DNA of 64,000 bases from Zancudomyces culisetae HAW-14-8 (lineage: Eukaryota > Fungi > Kickxellomycota). Shown piece after piece: positions 1 through 14,655 of the stretch. Where the stretch lies: assembly GCA_052426225.1 (NCBI GenBank), contig JBNJNM010000006.1:2294001-2358000 (forward strand), written 5' to 3'. Below the pieces are notes generated by a model. The model saw only the letters and a list, made by a program, of their open reading frames with translations. It made no database searches and was not told the DNA's origin. Position 1 is the first letter of the stretch. The number at the start of each line of letters is the position of its first letter. Position numbers and translations under genes: made by a program.

Positions 1-43
1 ACCAAAAAAATAGAAATAACGATATATCATTTTTATTGAATAG

Positions 44-683
<640 letters not shown>

Positions 684-1695
684 ACCAAAAAACTAGATAA
701 TGCGCTTCCCTTGTTGATTGCTGATAGTGAACATGGAGTGTGTCTCTGTCTTAGTTATGTAATATTAGTTTTATTTTTCTGATTTATCACTCAGTATACC
801 ACCTCATGCTTGCTCTAAATACTTTCTTTTTTATACAAATGGAGCCATAGGACCGGCCCATTAATTAGAGATGTATTAGTTCTTGTACAATATGATTAAA
901 TAAAAGAGTTAAAAACGTAAATAATTCCAAATGTGGATGTTGTGAACACAAGTAATATCTGAATAAACAGATCCTACCAAGAATCAAAAAAAAAAGGCGG
1001 AGGAGTGTATTATCCCAACCACGATGTGTAGATCTAACCGAGTATTCACATGAGTAATGGCAAAACTAATTTATCCTCAGGCAGTTTATGTACACCCAAA
1101 CTAAGCCTTGATGGGCTAGCTCAAGACGACAATCTTGGTGTTATTTATTCTGTTATGGGTATTGATGCTTGCTAGCTCAGTCTCCAAGTAATAGTTGCGA
1201 CACCTTTTTTCATTTTCGTAGGTCAACTGATCAAAGTTATAAAGCTTTTCTCGATTAATCTTAATAATAATTGTGCATACAGTGATCCTTCACACAAAAA
1301 AATTTTTTTTATAGCTTTTATTGTTGGTGTCCTGATATTTTTCAAATGAAATGTGGTATAATGCAGATTTATAATTAGCATCCAATGTTATCGTAGAATT
1401 CAGTCTAGCGAATAATTCTTTAAAACCTTTATCTATTTTCTCAATATTCAGTTTGCACTAAACAGCAAATGAAATGCATTTTCAAGAAAATAGCTGGAAA
1501 AAAAAATAACATTAAAAAAAACCAGGAGCTGGCCTTTGAGGTTAGATAAAGCCTATATAGCGTTTTTAAAATCTGCTTAAAAACCGCAAAATACCTATAA
1601 AAAACTAATCTTGATTCAAGATAGGCAATAACAACCTTTGAACATCTGTGTCAAAATATCAAAAGAGAAAAAGAATCCTCTGCGAGAATCCGAAG

Positions 1696-2000
1696 ATGGC
1701 AAATACTATATTCAGATCGCTCTATAACACCTTTTTCAGAAGAGAATCATCATATTTCACCACCATTGTGATTGGAGGAGTAGCGTTTTCAATGTGCTTC
1801 TCAAATGTATTCGATAAGGTTTGGGATAACACTCATAAGGTATGACTTGTGTATAATTCTTGCGTTTTCTTTTGTTTCACATTTATTTATTCTATAAAAT
1901 CAACTATTTTGATCAAAGGAAAGTATAAACTAATTTAAAAAATAAATAAAAATAGACACAATGGAAAGATGTAAAGCACAGATTTATCAAGGATGAATAA
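1696..2000 (+). CDS. QCR9: Cytochrome bc1 complex subunit 9 (2 exons: 1696-1839, 1956-2000)
   Basis: MANTIFRSLYNTFFRRESSYFTTIVIGGVAF..FDKVWDNTHK + TQWKDVKHRFIKDE*; the Y..FFRR.S.., FD..WD and WKD.K motifs are typical of UQCR10/QCR9. Confidence 0.9.
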
Positions 2001-3024
2001 GCATGTTATACACCATAGTTACGGATTTTTTCGAATGTATACCTAGAGATCTTGGTATTTTATTTCTTTGCAGAGATAGCGATTTCCCGGTTCATTTAAA
2101 ATAAAACATTTAATATCCGCAATTTGTATTTTTTGTCGATTGGCGCCGCATGAATTCCAACGGTGAAACAGTGTATTCACACACATACATATACAATATG
2201 GTAAACGCGATGTGCCCCGTTTGGGGGTATATTCCTGTTAAAATATACAACTTTTAAACTAGCTACCGTCTTTATAACAAGTAATGGCAAATGTGGTTGC
2301 TCATTTATTCGGTACTTTTCTTTTAAAAAAAGAATCGTGTTTTATTAATTTGGATGAAAAAACATTAGAAGTATCGTTAGCATAACTAACTACATTCAAA
2401 GTCGATGGTAAGCCCATTGATTTGGAGATCTACCATATCATGTGGGCACTTAGCTTCAACAAGAAAAGCTTTTAATTCTGTGTTTGAATAGATTTTATGA
2501 TCACAGTTGACAATCGTCCTTGCTTTTTTCTTTTTGATAAAAAAGTATGGTTGTTTCTCAGAACACTAAATAGATAAAACGACTTTAAGCTCTGGTGAGA
2601 GGAGGTTTTGCCATTGAAATTCGGTTGTATTAATGATAAATGCGCTAGTGTTGATAGAAAAATTCTAATAGGCTAAAATGAAAATGATGAAAAAGATGAA
2701 AGGATGAAACCGTTCAGTATCCCATTCGATTCTAATATGTCTTTGTAGATGAAAAAGTCATAAGTGGTTCAACCGACAAAGTATACGCCACATGCGTATA
2801 TTGTAATAATCGGAAATTGAGATGAGCTAGCATAAACTAACCACAAATGCACCACAAATGTATACACATACATTCAAGGTAGATAGATAGATAGCTCTTT
2901 TTAAAACGCGATGAGAGAATACCAAACAACAGTCCAGCTCTATGTGGACTCATAAATTATTTTCATATGTTTTCTACATCGTTATATCACTACTACTCAC
3001 GGAGTTGAGTGGTTTTTGCTAATT

Positions 3025-4868
3025 TTACAGGATGCCACTGTCCTTCAGCGCGTTTTGAAGTAACGTTTCTCTAACGGCGGCAAAAATCAGTCGAATCTAC
3101 ACAAAAATATTCAAATGTTTAGGCATTGTGAGTAAGTTTGAATTGTATAAAATAGGGTTACACAGTTAATACAGCTACCAATTGCCAAATATCCAAGCAA
3201 GCATAAAAATAAGTTTATTTTTTCTTACATTATTAGTGTCAGTGGCCATTGTCAAGCTATGGGTGTAGATGTGAATTTAGTTTCAGTAAAATTCTTAATA
3301 GTGAATGAATTATGAATGACCAGAGAAAAAAATAAACACAGAGAATTCTGTAAAACCTACTGTTGATACAAGGGAAGTCCTAGGCGATTTTTCGAGGCAT
3401 ATTTCCAAAAAATAAAGGTAATCGCATCTTCAATTGTACTACCTATCGAATATAAGTAAAGGATGAGAATACGATTGCTGTTAAAGAAATTTTGTAAAGG
3501 TTCTACTAGCAGGAAAATGTCATATTGAACTCGCGTAAATACCTTTATACTCGGGAAAATAGTTTTTTAGAGGCAGAATCGGAATCTTTTTCTGAAATAC
3601 ATCAATCTTGTTCAAAAAAAGAATAATGGAGCTACGCATGAACCAACGGCTACTAACAATGCTCTCGAACAAGTTCAAGCTCTCTTCCATGCGATTCTAA
3701 GAGGTAAATACATTTCCAAAGTTTTGTTAACTTGGTGTTCACATCCATCACAAGTATATAAAGACAAAATGCATATATATGTGCATATATTCAAAGTAGA
3801 TATAAAAATTACATGAGAGGTTTCTTCTAACAGAGATTGATCATAATCGCTTAATGATACACAGAATATAACAGATGTGACGCCTTCAAAACAATGGATC
3901 CATTTTTTACGTTCTGATCTTTGCCCACCAACATCAAACATGCGTATAATTCGATTGTTCATCATAAAATCTATCTCTGTAATTCCCGTTGTTTTTAGAC
4001 GAGCACGCAGAACGTCGTCAATGTTAGGTATATAGCCTGGGAGGCTTATTCTCCTAGCATTTTGAAAGAAACTAAAAAGCAAGAAAGAAGACAGTTTTTT
4101 TTAGAATATCCAAAGTATTTTTACTCTTTTTTTATGCAACAAACAGTGCTTACTAATCTGCGGAATCCATCACAGCAACACCCTTATCATTAAGTAGAAC
4201 CTTATCAATGTTCTTTTCGTTCCAAAGTAGTTCCATACTTTTGACAAGCTCTGAAGTAACTTCCACCGAAAGTATCGAATCAAGGTCTAGTTTGCTCATT
4301 TTTTCTACAAATAACTGTTTTAAACGCCGCTAATGTAATAAATGTCTCGATTGATTGTGGCCGCGATATAGGTTTGTAGTGCAAATATGATGTTATAGAC
4401 TCATCAGTGCATCAGCACCATGTACTTACCATATTTTCTTCTAATTCAGGGACAATCCCACACGTTTTAAATCCATTTGCTACTTCATACACAGACTCGA
4501 GAACATTTCGAAATATAATCGGCGCATAAATAACTAAATCTTCTCTATTACTATACCCATTGTTGAACAAAATCTTCATTTGCTTGAGTATGGTAGATTT
4601 TCCTGATTCTCCACTACCTGTTTCAAAGTAATGAATGCAGTACTTTGTTAATTAAATGATATTTGCATATCCATATTCTTAGATGTTATAGTGGTATATT
4701 TTACTCGGGGTTGCATTTTTACGTTCTTTTTCTATTTAAAATGTACTTACCCAAAAGCAGTATCTTTAGCTCTTTTTCTATTTTTTCTTTATCGTTTTTT
4801 ATCGTGCGATCTATTTGTGAACTAATCTTAGCTGCACCATCATCAGGAGTCGAAACACAAAGCCCCAT
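3025..4868 (-). CDS. Heterotrimeric G-protein alpha subunit, fungal group III (cAMP-type), multi-exon
   Basis: MGLCVS myristoylation/palmitoylation start, [15 protein letters not shown]-loop, [38 protein letters not shown] and C-terminal LKDSGIL*. Confidence 0.93.
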
Positions 4869-6549
4869 ATCCTTGCAAAATTCGTCTGTTTACCAAGTTA
4901 TCGACTTTTGAAGTTGTTCAATTACAAAAGATCAGTAAAGCCAATCCACAAACCAAGGATCGTTAAAATACTATATTTATTTGCTAGTAGTTAACAATTA
5001 TTGCCACGGATATTCTCATCCAAGCCAACTTTTGCGTATTTACCATACACTTGGTTTCTTTTACCTCCTTTCTCAACTAAAACTAAAGCAGGTGCCCTGA
5101 TACCCTGTTATCTGCAAATATAATTGGTATTTTTATGTTTATTTTTTCTTTATAGCGCATTTTAACCTTGTTTTTTATACATTTCCAGTATTTTCAATTT
5201 TAGATTCGGTTTATAGATGTATTTTTGATTTGAAATATTCTATTTTTGATTGAAAGTTAATTTAACAAACACACAATATTTCTGGTTATTGGAATGTGAT
5301 TAAAAATTAGCACTAATTGCTTAACTTTTTTACCTAATTTGTTACAAATTTCAATATAACCTGATTGTCGAACTGCTTTAACCAGCTATTAAGCGAAATA
5401 CACTTTGGACGCTTATTATTAAAAGCTGCCTTCATTGGACTAGTAAAAAGTAGTCCTGAAATATTCTATTGAACCTAAGGCGCATTTTTTTGTTGGCAAT
5501 TCTCACTTCAAATGTTTAAATTATCGAGCTTGTTTCCCCAATTTTTTGCGTTTTATTTTGCATACAAAATCCAAAAAAAAACAAGACAAAGGAAATTACA
5601 GGCATTTGCCGATTAAGCTTTGTGGATGAATGGAGCACAACAGGTAATATAACACGTGATTATAGAAAAGAGGATGGGTGGATGGTTGATTGATTGATTG
5701 ACTGGTTTACTGAATTATTGGTTAGTTGTCTAAATGAGATTACATTGGTCTTGGAGTGTGAACCATAAACTACAGATTATGGAGTTTTAAGAGTATACAA
5801 AATACAATCATGCAAAGCCAAAGGCTTTAATATTAGAGGCTAGATATTGGCATTTAATCCAATCGGTAAATGCTTATAAGCTGGTAGATGCCCCAGTGAC
5901 CTTCAAGAGCTGCTCTATATGTGTATTGGATGGCTTAAGTTTAGCCAACTTTTAGTAAAGCATCCAATGCAAGTGTTAATAGTTTTTCTTTTGTTTATGC
6001 AAAAGACAAATAGAAAACTAGGAAACGGTTAAGATAGAAAACAAACCAAATCATACCAAACCAAACCGAACCAGCTGCACAAATATTTGAAAGCCAAGAC
6101 AAAAAAGGTCTTCTTGCGGAGTACTCTGCCTGCATTTGCCACATGCTTCTCGTTGCTACTGAGCAATTTATGTACACAGATACCATATGAGGCTTGTTTT
6201 TTGTTGTTGTTTTCTTCTATGGTATAGCGCGTGCATGTACAGGCTATCTGGTAATCTGTATATACAATAGTCAAATATTTAAAAGTAGTTTTCTAAAAAA
6301 AACCAACCAATGACTAGATAGAATTATTGTAATAGTGTTTGTTAGTTAAGTCTGTTGACTTTTGGTACATTACAGTATAAAGAACCAAATCCGCTAATCC
6401 TAATTGAAATTTATCTAATACAGAAAACTATAAAAGGCTAGCATAATGCTACACCGAACTGTGTACTTTTACTTTAAGTTTGAACACAGAAGAATAAGAT
6501 TAATAACTAACTAGATAAGCAGAATAGCAACATATATAGCTGGAACAAA

Positions 6550-6843
6550 ATGGAAAGAGATACAGTAAAGAAGGACGATGTACTGAAAAAAGCGGAAACC
6601 TGGAATGGCAAACTGGCTGGAAAGTTTTTGATAGTTGACGAGGAAGACAAGGAGAAACCCGAGGGTTATGATATAAACCGTGCGAGAAGGGAAAGTGGGA
6701 CAGCTGGAGTTCTCTTGTCATCGTTGCCAAAGAATGTAAGAGTCCGCGGAAGGAAGTCTATTGACGAAGGTAGCTATGATCCTCGCAGGATGAATATTGA
6801 CGTTGAAGAGAATGGAAAGATAGAATTTGTCGGTTTTTATTGA
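6550..6843 (+). CDS. Small peptidase inhibitor I78 / potato-inhibitor-fold-like protein
   Basis: W..KL.GK near the N-terminus and LP.NVRV.......YDPRRMNIDVEENGKI..V.F at the C-terminus resemble the fungal I78 pattern (LP..HRV.....TMDY.P.RLN..VD..G.V..V..G). TATAAA-like boxes lie near 6375 and 6430. Confidence 0.6.
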   Translation: MERDTVKKDDVLKKAETWNGKLAGKFLIVDEEDKEKPEGYDINRARRESGTAGVLLSSLPKNVRVRGRKSIDEGSYDPRRMNIDVEENGKIEFVGFY

Positions 6844-7772
6844 TACCTTATTATACCTAAAGGATTTGCCAAAGTTAGCACACTGTTTTGTGCCCACTGG
6901 TAAAGTGTCCGCACTTGTTTCTTTTTTTGAGTTATATTTACAGTCTATCGTTTTTATCTGATGCCTTCAGCTATGTTTTATTTAGTAATTATAAGACTCT
7001 GTTAGTCTGGAAACATTTGGAATTCCGGGCGAGATTTATAATGTTTTTAGCTCTTTGTATTTGAAGCTGGAGGTAATTAAGTAAAGCTTTTTATAAAAGA
7101 ACATATTTTGTATTGTGGGCAAACTTCGACAGAAGAGACTATGATGTATTCAGCTGTAGGTATATCCTTCGGTTTTGAACGCGAGAGATGGGGATGGGAT
7201 AAGAGAAAAGGGTAGGAGTGAGGGGGAGGGGGGGAGTGCAAGAAGGGATAAGTTTCACTTATGTAGTGGTGCTTAAAATATCTTTAACCCCACCATGCTG
7301 AGGGGGGGGATGTTAGTAAAATTTACTTTGCTATGCCAATGTTATTACCAGACAAAGGGGGAGAGGTATAGGTTTGATATATATTTGGGTAACCATTAGT
7401 TACTCAGGTTCAAAATTAGAGTATCCTGTGGCTTAATATATATCCTGGTTTGGTTATATTCCAAGAGTGTTAAATTTAAAGAAAGATAGAGTTAGTATAC
7501 ACTGTGAAGGTTTTGGTATGCTTTTCTTGGAAAGGGGAGGATAATGAACGAATGGTTCGCAGTGTTGTTAATTAATTAATTTGGTAAAACTGCAAATTGA
7601 GCAAGCAACAACAATGGCAGACAAAATATGCAAATCTTTAGAATACCGATCATTGTAAACAAAATAAAAATACCACTTTTTGTCATTTATGTTTTTGAAC
7701 TATATCAAACAATTTAAACAATTTAATATTTTATTAAGCATATTTTGAGGTAGCGGATTAAAGACAAGAAAA

Positions 7773-10286
7773 ATGTCCTCAGTGGTTACGATTGTATACA
7801 ACAAATTCAAAACAGTTGAAATCAAGACAACGCCATCAAAGACGTTAAAGATGTTGGTACAGGAGATGTGTCAGCGGGTACCAGAGCTCGGCGATGCAGA
7901 TAGATACGGGCTAAAGTACGTTGTTTGAACAAATATAGGGCATAGATATGAAGTGTTCAGCATTTGCGTTTAGTATAACGAAAATCGCATCAACAAGCGC
8001 GAAAATAAATACTTCATGGAAAAGTCCCATTTTAATGAGAAAGCCAAAAACTAATCATAAATTTAGGTGGAAAAACACGGATTTGGACCTGTCATTGAGT
8101 ATGAGACTATCTAGATTACCGCACGGTGCAAAGATTGAATTGGTCCCAAACAAACATTTAGGTATGACATTGGCTATACTATATCAAAGATTCATTTTCT
8201 TTTATTTTTCGGTATAGGCAGGCAAATTTCATGTTAATAGTAACATATTGTGAGTATAGGTGCAAAGGTCAAAGTGGTTTTACAACTACCAACCGGGGAT
8301 AGGATACAAAAAGATGTTGTAAACACTGCTACATTAAAAGAAATCGTTTGTTCATTAGTAGAATTGGGGTAAAATCCGCTTACTTTAAAACATAACATAC
8401 TTATTATTTAATAGACAAGTATATAAAACAGAGAGATGACAATACTCGGGTGGAAATGTATCGAAGAATCGATGTACTAACTGTTTAAGCTAACATTCTT
8501 AAAAAAAATAGTGCTGAGGATGAACCTGTTCTCTTGATTTTAAATCAACAGGTAGGTGATTTATGTATACCAGCGAATTGCGCACACTAGATGTCGCTTT
8601 AATATTATTGATTTCTGAATATTTGGCAGTGCAACTGGTACCATTATGTGTAAAAAGTACAGTATCTTAATGGTATGTAAAGTTGAGAGATTAAAGTTTA
8701 TGAGAAAACAATGCGCCAATAATACAAAATTAAATAGCTTTCAGGTGAGGAGTTATTGTCAAAAACGAAACTAATAAGCGTGGGAGTCACAACAGGGTCC
8801 ATATTGGTAAAATTGACTTTTAAGAATGGAAATCATGCCGCACAACCAAAGTTGTCGGACGCTATAAAAAGCGAAAAACCTGCTCTGCCCAAGGATGTAA
8901 ATAATGTTAGCGAAAGACCTGACAAACATGGAAATGAAAACACGATCATTATGCCAAAGGAAAAAGGGGCTCACAAAGAAGTGCAAAATGCGACCTACGG
9001 GTGTAGTTTAGAGAATGTGGACACCCGGGAAGTGGATGATGTTATTTCAAGAAGAAAGGCAAAGTTTATTGAGTTTTCAGAATCAGGATTAAAAGATGCC
9101 ATCCGAGAAAGTAAATACTAATATATATTGTTATGATGATTAAAGTTATGCAACAATGACATCAGATATTTTTTAGAATCACAGAACACCATTCAGTTTA
9201 GTGATCCTACGTATGATTGCATCATTTCAAATATCCAGCATCATCTAATGTAGGAATAAAAAGAAAATATACGTTATTCGTAGGTACACTACCTGACAGT
9301 TTTTATGAACTGACAGGCGACGAAGCAAAAATGATGTTGAGGCAAAGAAATGTTGATGATAATAAAGCTGTGGGTTTTAAAACGCAAAAACATCGAGATA
9401 TTGAGGCTAGGGAAGCGCTGGAAAAAAAGAAAAAATTATACAAAACGGTAAATTTTGAAGTTAGTCACGCTATTTCAGAGCCTTTTTCCTGCTCCTCTCT
9501 TTACTCGATCCACTAACAAAAAAGTGAAACGCATGCAATAAACCTGCTACGCATAAATAGAGTTTGATTCAATTCAAATTTGTTGATGGATCGAGAATAC
9601 AAGCAACCTTTGGTTCCGATGAAAAATGTAGGTTTATACTTTAGCACACTCTTTGGATTTAAAAAGAAAACTAAATTATGACCATCGCATATCTGTATTA
9701 TACAAAAAATTCTCTTTTATACCTATAGTGATGGAGTTATATAGCTTTATAACGGCGGTTACCAAACAGCTTGAATATACTATACGTAAGTTTTCACCAT
9801 TAGAATCTCAGCTAGACCTGATGGTAACTTTTATATTTAACTTGCCAACTACACCTACAGATATTACGCACCCATACACGAACCTACAAGATATGAGACA
9901 AAAGACGTTTTTCGAGGCCAATTTTGTTCCAAATGCACTAGTTCATGTCGTCTTTCCCACATCATTGAGTAAATATATCAACACTTTTTTTAGTGTTTTT
10001 TGCGTTCGCATTGTTATACACGCTAATACACCTGTACCAAATAGACTTGAGCGAAATAATTGATCCAGCGTTGCGAAAAAAGGGTATGGCTGGTGGTGAT
10101 ACATCAAAAACAGGCTCAAATATTTCTAGTGGATACTCAAAGGATACATTTGACGATCACGCCAAAAACTCGTCAACTGGAAGTGCAAAAACTTCTAAAG
10201 TGCCGTCAAGTTTGGCAACTCTCTCGAGTGATACCCCGAAAAAGGATGGAAAAAGTGCACCCAAATGGCTTTCTAGTGGTAAATAG
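7773..10286 (+). CDS. UBX4: TUG/ASPSCR1-like UBX-domain Cdc48 cofactor, multi-exon
   Basis: N-terminal TUG-UBL1 (IKTTPSKTL..LDLSLSMRLSRLPHGAKIELV), LPDSFYELTGDE, UBX-like IQFKFVDGSRIQATF..FVPNALVHV and C-terminal PKWLSSGK*. Internal exon boundaries are approximate. Confidence 0.8.
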
Positions 10287-10513
10287 AATATATTTACATT
10301 TATTTAATAACAAAAGTGATTTTTTCATCAGTATTGTATAAAAATGAATAGTATCAAAGTTTCTGAAAAATCCTTGAGTATTTAACACCATTCTGATTGC
10401 CTCCCCAATCATAATAACAAGTTGCGTGATGTAATGGAAGAAGGTGCTGATTCTATAAACTAAACACTAAGCAAAGGAATGGATATAGCTGAACTTAATT
10501 GAAATTTATTAGC

Positions 10514-11164
10514 CTATTTTTTTTTGTTGCGAAGTTTTTGTGCGTTTTTATAATTCTTTCTCCCGTTTTTTTGGTTTGAAGTTTGGATTTCGTTGAATCT
10601 ACGTTTGAGGTATTTTACAGAGTCTCTGCTGGCCAATATTTCCTCTGCAAATGTTGATTTGACTTGTTTTCTGGGGATTCTGCTAGAATAGAACTCAGCA
10701 TTCCCTTGCACAATGGTTCCTATCTCAAAGTACTTGGGAATCTCTGCACGTTTATGATCAACTCCCTTTTTGTAGAACCTCTTTGGATCTAGAACATTAC
10801 GAAGCTTCAATAAATGTAAATCACGTTTTACATTATCTGAAATGTGATCAGGCCGCTTCATTTCAAACCATTTCGAGCCGATGGTTTTTTCCTTTTCTTT
10901 TCTTCGTTCGTTTAAACTCGGTTTTTTTGCTACCAGATCGCGTGCCGTTTTTATGCCTTTATTATGACTGGCAGCGAGATCAGTAACTTCGGACTGTTTT
11001 TTTTTGTCCTTAGCGCTCAAGCCTGATTCTAATTTTATACTTGGCAACAATGAGCTACTTTGAATCTGCTCGCTCTCATCCTTGACAAGAGGACTCTCTT
11101 GATCTAGGGATTGTATTGCTTGTTGAAATAATTCATCTAAACTCGCTTCTGCTAGACCTTTCAT
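10514..11164 (-). CDS. FCF2: Fcf2 pre-rRNA processing protein (DNTTIP2-like)
   Basis: G.KWFEM, RDLHLLKLRNVLDPKRFYKK, PKYFEIGTIV, EFYSSRIPRK motifs; first in-frame ATG at 11164. Confidence 0.9.
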   Translation of the reverse strand: MKGLAEASLDELFQQAIQSLDQESPLVKDESEQIQSSSLLPSIKLESGLSAKDKKKQSEVTDLAASHNKGIKTARDLVAKKPSLNERRKEKEKTIGSKWFEMKRPDHISDNVKRDLHLLKLRNVLDPKRFYKKGVDHKRAEIPKYFEIGTIVQGNAEFYSSRIPRKQVKSTFAEEILASRDSVKYLKRRFNEIQTSNQKNGRKNYKNAQKLRNKKK

Positions 11165-11514
11165 GTTTATACTTTTGCTCGGTCTCACTAACTTTTTTTC
11201 TTTTTTGTATAATTGAATTCAAGTTCTGTTTGGTTAATTGAGATGTTGTGTTGGGTATGGCTGATAAAATACAAAGAATGTTGAATTAAGAAAACCTGAT
11301 CTTTCAATGGTATATTTTTTAATTGTGCAAACTCTTCAAGATCAAGTAGTGTATAATCCAAGTACTTGTCCAATTTGCCCAAAAAAAAAATTTTTTTTTT
11401 TGCTGTTTGGTTTTATTTGCAATTGGCTACAGAGAAAAAGCTATAAACTGGCAAACCCGAAGCAAACCCAAAATTAAAATGTGCTAGAAATACAGAGTTT
11501 GTGTACTATGGATC

Positions 11515-12586
11515 CTATTCTGAAGAACTCCCGCTACCATAATCCTCAACAAGACTAACGCTTTCTGGCCGAGGCTGTTCTTTGATTTTGGTCTCAACCC
11601 CTGTATTCTCGCCGGTTCTGATCATAGCCACCTTTTTGGTTAGGGATGCCGCTGGCCCAATACTTTTAAATAGTACAGAGGATTGATTTTTTATGGCCCC
11701 AAAAGTTGAAAGTCGTTTCTGAGGTGGTGAATGGTCGGTCCGAACAGTACCATTAGACGCGGAATTGTTCAGTACTCCAATTTCTAACGCGTTTTCCAGG
11801 TTTGGGCTCATACTGCTGTTGTTTAGCCTCTTTACTCGCTTACCATTTGCATCTTGGTATATGGATTTAATCAACAACTCGTCCTGCTCATCTAATACAT
11901 CGACCTCCTGGTTACTCATACTACTGATTTTTTCTAGTGCCGTTTCAAGACCCATTCGCTCTTGGGTGGCATTTCTGGCCCGTATTTCTTCAAGAGTATC
12001 TAACATTTCCATTTCCCGTTTACTCTCTTTGGTTCTGGCCTCGAGCGATTTGAGTGGATTGTTCTTATTGTCCTCTTCCTCCTCCTCTTTTTGTTTTTCC
12101 TTTTCTAGCTCTTCGTTTCTCCATGGTTCAAAGTTTCTCGATGCGCCGTGTTCACAAACATAATCAGAGTTCTCTGGATCCGTTTTAAATGTTATTTCGG
12201 CGGCACATTGTGGGCAGCGAATGTAAAATCGATAGATAGCCATGTTGTAAAATTTTTCGTCTTTCGCCGTTTCTTTACGGGCGTTGAACTTTGTGTGCGC
12301 ACCAATCCAATGACCACAAGTGTTGCATCGCATAGAAAAAGGAGCCATTAACCGAACTTTATATTGCCGATCGCTTCCCAATCGCAGCTTGGGGATTTTT
12401 GCAGGATCAAAGTCCGGTGGAAAGTACTATTTTGTATACATGTTTTATGTGTTAAAAATGAAAGATGAGAATAATCAAGTCAGTTTTGTCCCTAACAAGC
12501 CTCGTCGGTACCAGATTTTGTAAAATGATTTAAAACAATGATGGGAGCCCAACACATACCTTATTCAAAACTTTTCTTTCTGCCAT
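11515..12586 (-). CDS. YJU2: Splicing factor Yju2/Cwf16/CCDC94 (2 exons)
   Basis: MAERKVLNK|YFPPDFDPAKIP..VRLMAPFSMRCNTCG..KFNARKE..YRFYIRCPQC..ITFKTDPENSDY.CEHGASRNFEPW. Confidence 0.95.
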
Positions 12587-12926
12587 TTCCTCTTAGTATT
12601 TATCGATATCTGATTAAATTTTTAGTATAGTTGTGAAATATAACTTCTAATTTAATGTAGTCTTTTGCGATTTTGTAACAAAAGCTACTGTGAATTTATA
12701 AGTAACCCTACTAATATAAATTGGAAATTAGGCTTTTTTACCAACTAAAAATGTGCGAAAAAAAAGTGAATATTGATTTTTAATAAAAAGCGACGGATTT
12801 ATGAGCAGCTAAGATGTGGAAGTTCAAAAAACAAAAAAAAACAAAACTAAACGAAACAAAGCAGAATGAAACAACGTCTAAAGCTCCCATTGAATATATA
12901 ACCCCACAACACGTCAAATCTACGGA

Positions 12927-14655
12927 TTACTGATCCTCTGCCTCAATAAAAATCGAGTTAAACTCATATCTAGGACAGTTGGCAGCATTTGTGGTGTATC
13001 TAACAAACTTTTTGACTCCAGTATCCCGATAAACTAACACCAATTTATTTGCGCCAGGAGAAAACCGCTTAAGTTCATCAACACTATCAGTGTAGTGAGT
13101 GAGACCTCCCCATGAATCATCATCCCAGACACTAGTGGCTACAGAAAGTCCAGACGAATCATCCTTGCTATTGAATGGCATAAAGCTGAAAATTACATCC
13201 AAACCATTGGGTTCTGAGTAGTGGTCATGTAGTAGAGTGTAGCTTCCTGTGTCAAATTTTCTAAATTCATAGATAGCCTTGGAGTATTCTAACCCAGTGA
13301 TAGCGGATAGGTAGTTCGAAAAGTGCTTGGATTTCAAAAATGCGATAGTTTCCATAGTTTTTTTGGATTTCTGTGCTATTTTCCTATAGCATTCTGGTTC
13401 GAGTAGTGCATTGTAGCGCCTCAGGTTAGGCGGAAGTACATAGTTTTCACTCCATACCCCCTCTGTTCCTCCCATAACCGAAATAAAATCGGCATATACA
13501 TCATCTTTCAAAAAACTGTGCAGCTCTATGCAGCTGTTTTCGATAAATTTATCTAAAACTTTTTCGATTACGTCCTTTTTAAGGTATCTTTCATTTATAA
13601 AATTCTCTGCTGCGTACAGTGCGTCATTTTCGCTGCTAACGGTTGCCTCTATGGGTCTAGGAATCGACAGTGTTTGGTATTTTTTGTTAAACTCGTCACA
13701 CGCCATTGGATCGTTTTCAGTCTTTTTTTTGTTAATACCATAAAACCATCCTGTAACTGACCACCGGGCTACTCCGTCGTTCCGTAAAACCTCTTGAACC
13801 TCGTGATACGAGCTCTCTCCCGTCAAGAAAAACGCAAGTGTGTTAAATTTTGGTGATATTTTTCGCACGACCTTCACTGGACAGTTATCTTTGTCTCTAT
13901 TAATAGCGCAATTATAGAGTTAATTAATATCGGGTTATTTTATATGGTGATCTTTGTTCTTACTTTGAAAAAAGCCCTAGTGCCCCTCCATCTCTTTCGG
14001 ACCAAGTTTCATCAACCAAATATAGTATAAATGCTATTTTCCTCGAATACTTGTCTCCCGTGACAAAGTCATCATGACACAAGAGAAAGCCACCCTCTTC
14101 ATATTGCTGTGCCGCAAGATCTATTCTTCCTCGTTGCAGCTCTGTCCCTGTAAGCTGTTCCATAAATGTAATACACTCCTCTGAGCATAATCCGTGATAG
14201 AGTTGTTTTATTTTTTCATATTTACCACTGATCATGTATCCCAAATCATCAGTTTGGTAAAAATCATACAAATCGTTTAGCCTGCGGTGCCATTGAATCT
14301 CCTTTAGCTCCTTTTTGAGCTTTCTCAAGAATTTTGGATCGAATACATTGCTCAATACTCCCACATGAAATGGATACCCAATTACTGTGCCTATTGCATC
14401 TACTGTTATGTCTTTTTCCGGAAATTCTATGACCCCCGCTCTAATCTCTTTTTGATTTTCTGAAAAGTTACTATCACAGAATACATTTCTAAATTTTTCA
14501 ATAAACTCTTTGTTTTTATAACATTCGAGAATTTCGATGTGGTTTGGTTTACTCTCTTTACGCTTGAGAATTTCGATTTTAGCCTTTTTTATGGTTTTAC
14601 CCTCCTCATCGTTTTGAAGTTTGGACTCCATGTTTGGCATCTCTTTTACTTTCAT
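12927..14655 (-). CDS. TPA1: Prolyl 3,4-dihydroxylase Tpa1/Ofd1/OGFOD1 (2 exons, intron 13897-13963)
   Basis: DLYDFYQTDDL, LLCHDD (HxD), RKIAFILYLV, DGGALGLF, SYHEVQEV, RWSVTGWF, followed by an Ofd1-type C-terminal domain (GSYTLLHD, LVYRD.GV.KFVRY). Confidence 0.92.

Noticed and set aside
5685-5702. (GATT)n microsatellite, and (AGAT)n near 2880
   Set aside because: Very short ordinary simple repeats.
11188-11382. 64-aa ORF upstream of FCF2
   Set aside because: Non-ATG start after a poly-T tract, no recognisable motif; probably promoter or UTR.
11765-12163. Antisense ORFs over real genes and pol (also 25155-25472, 34698-35117, 48182-48565, 60063-60509, 61227-61826)
   Set aside because: Shadow frames of Lys/Glu-rich or repetitive coding strands, with no independent motifs.
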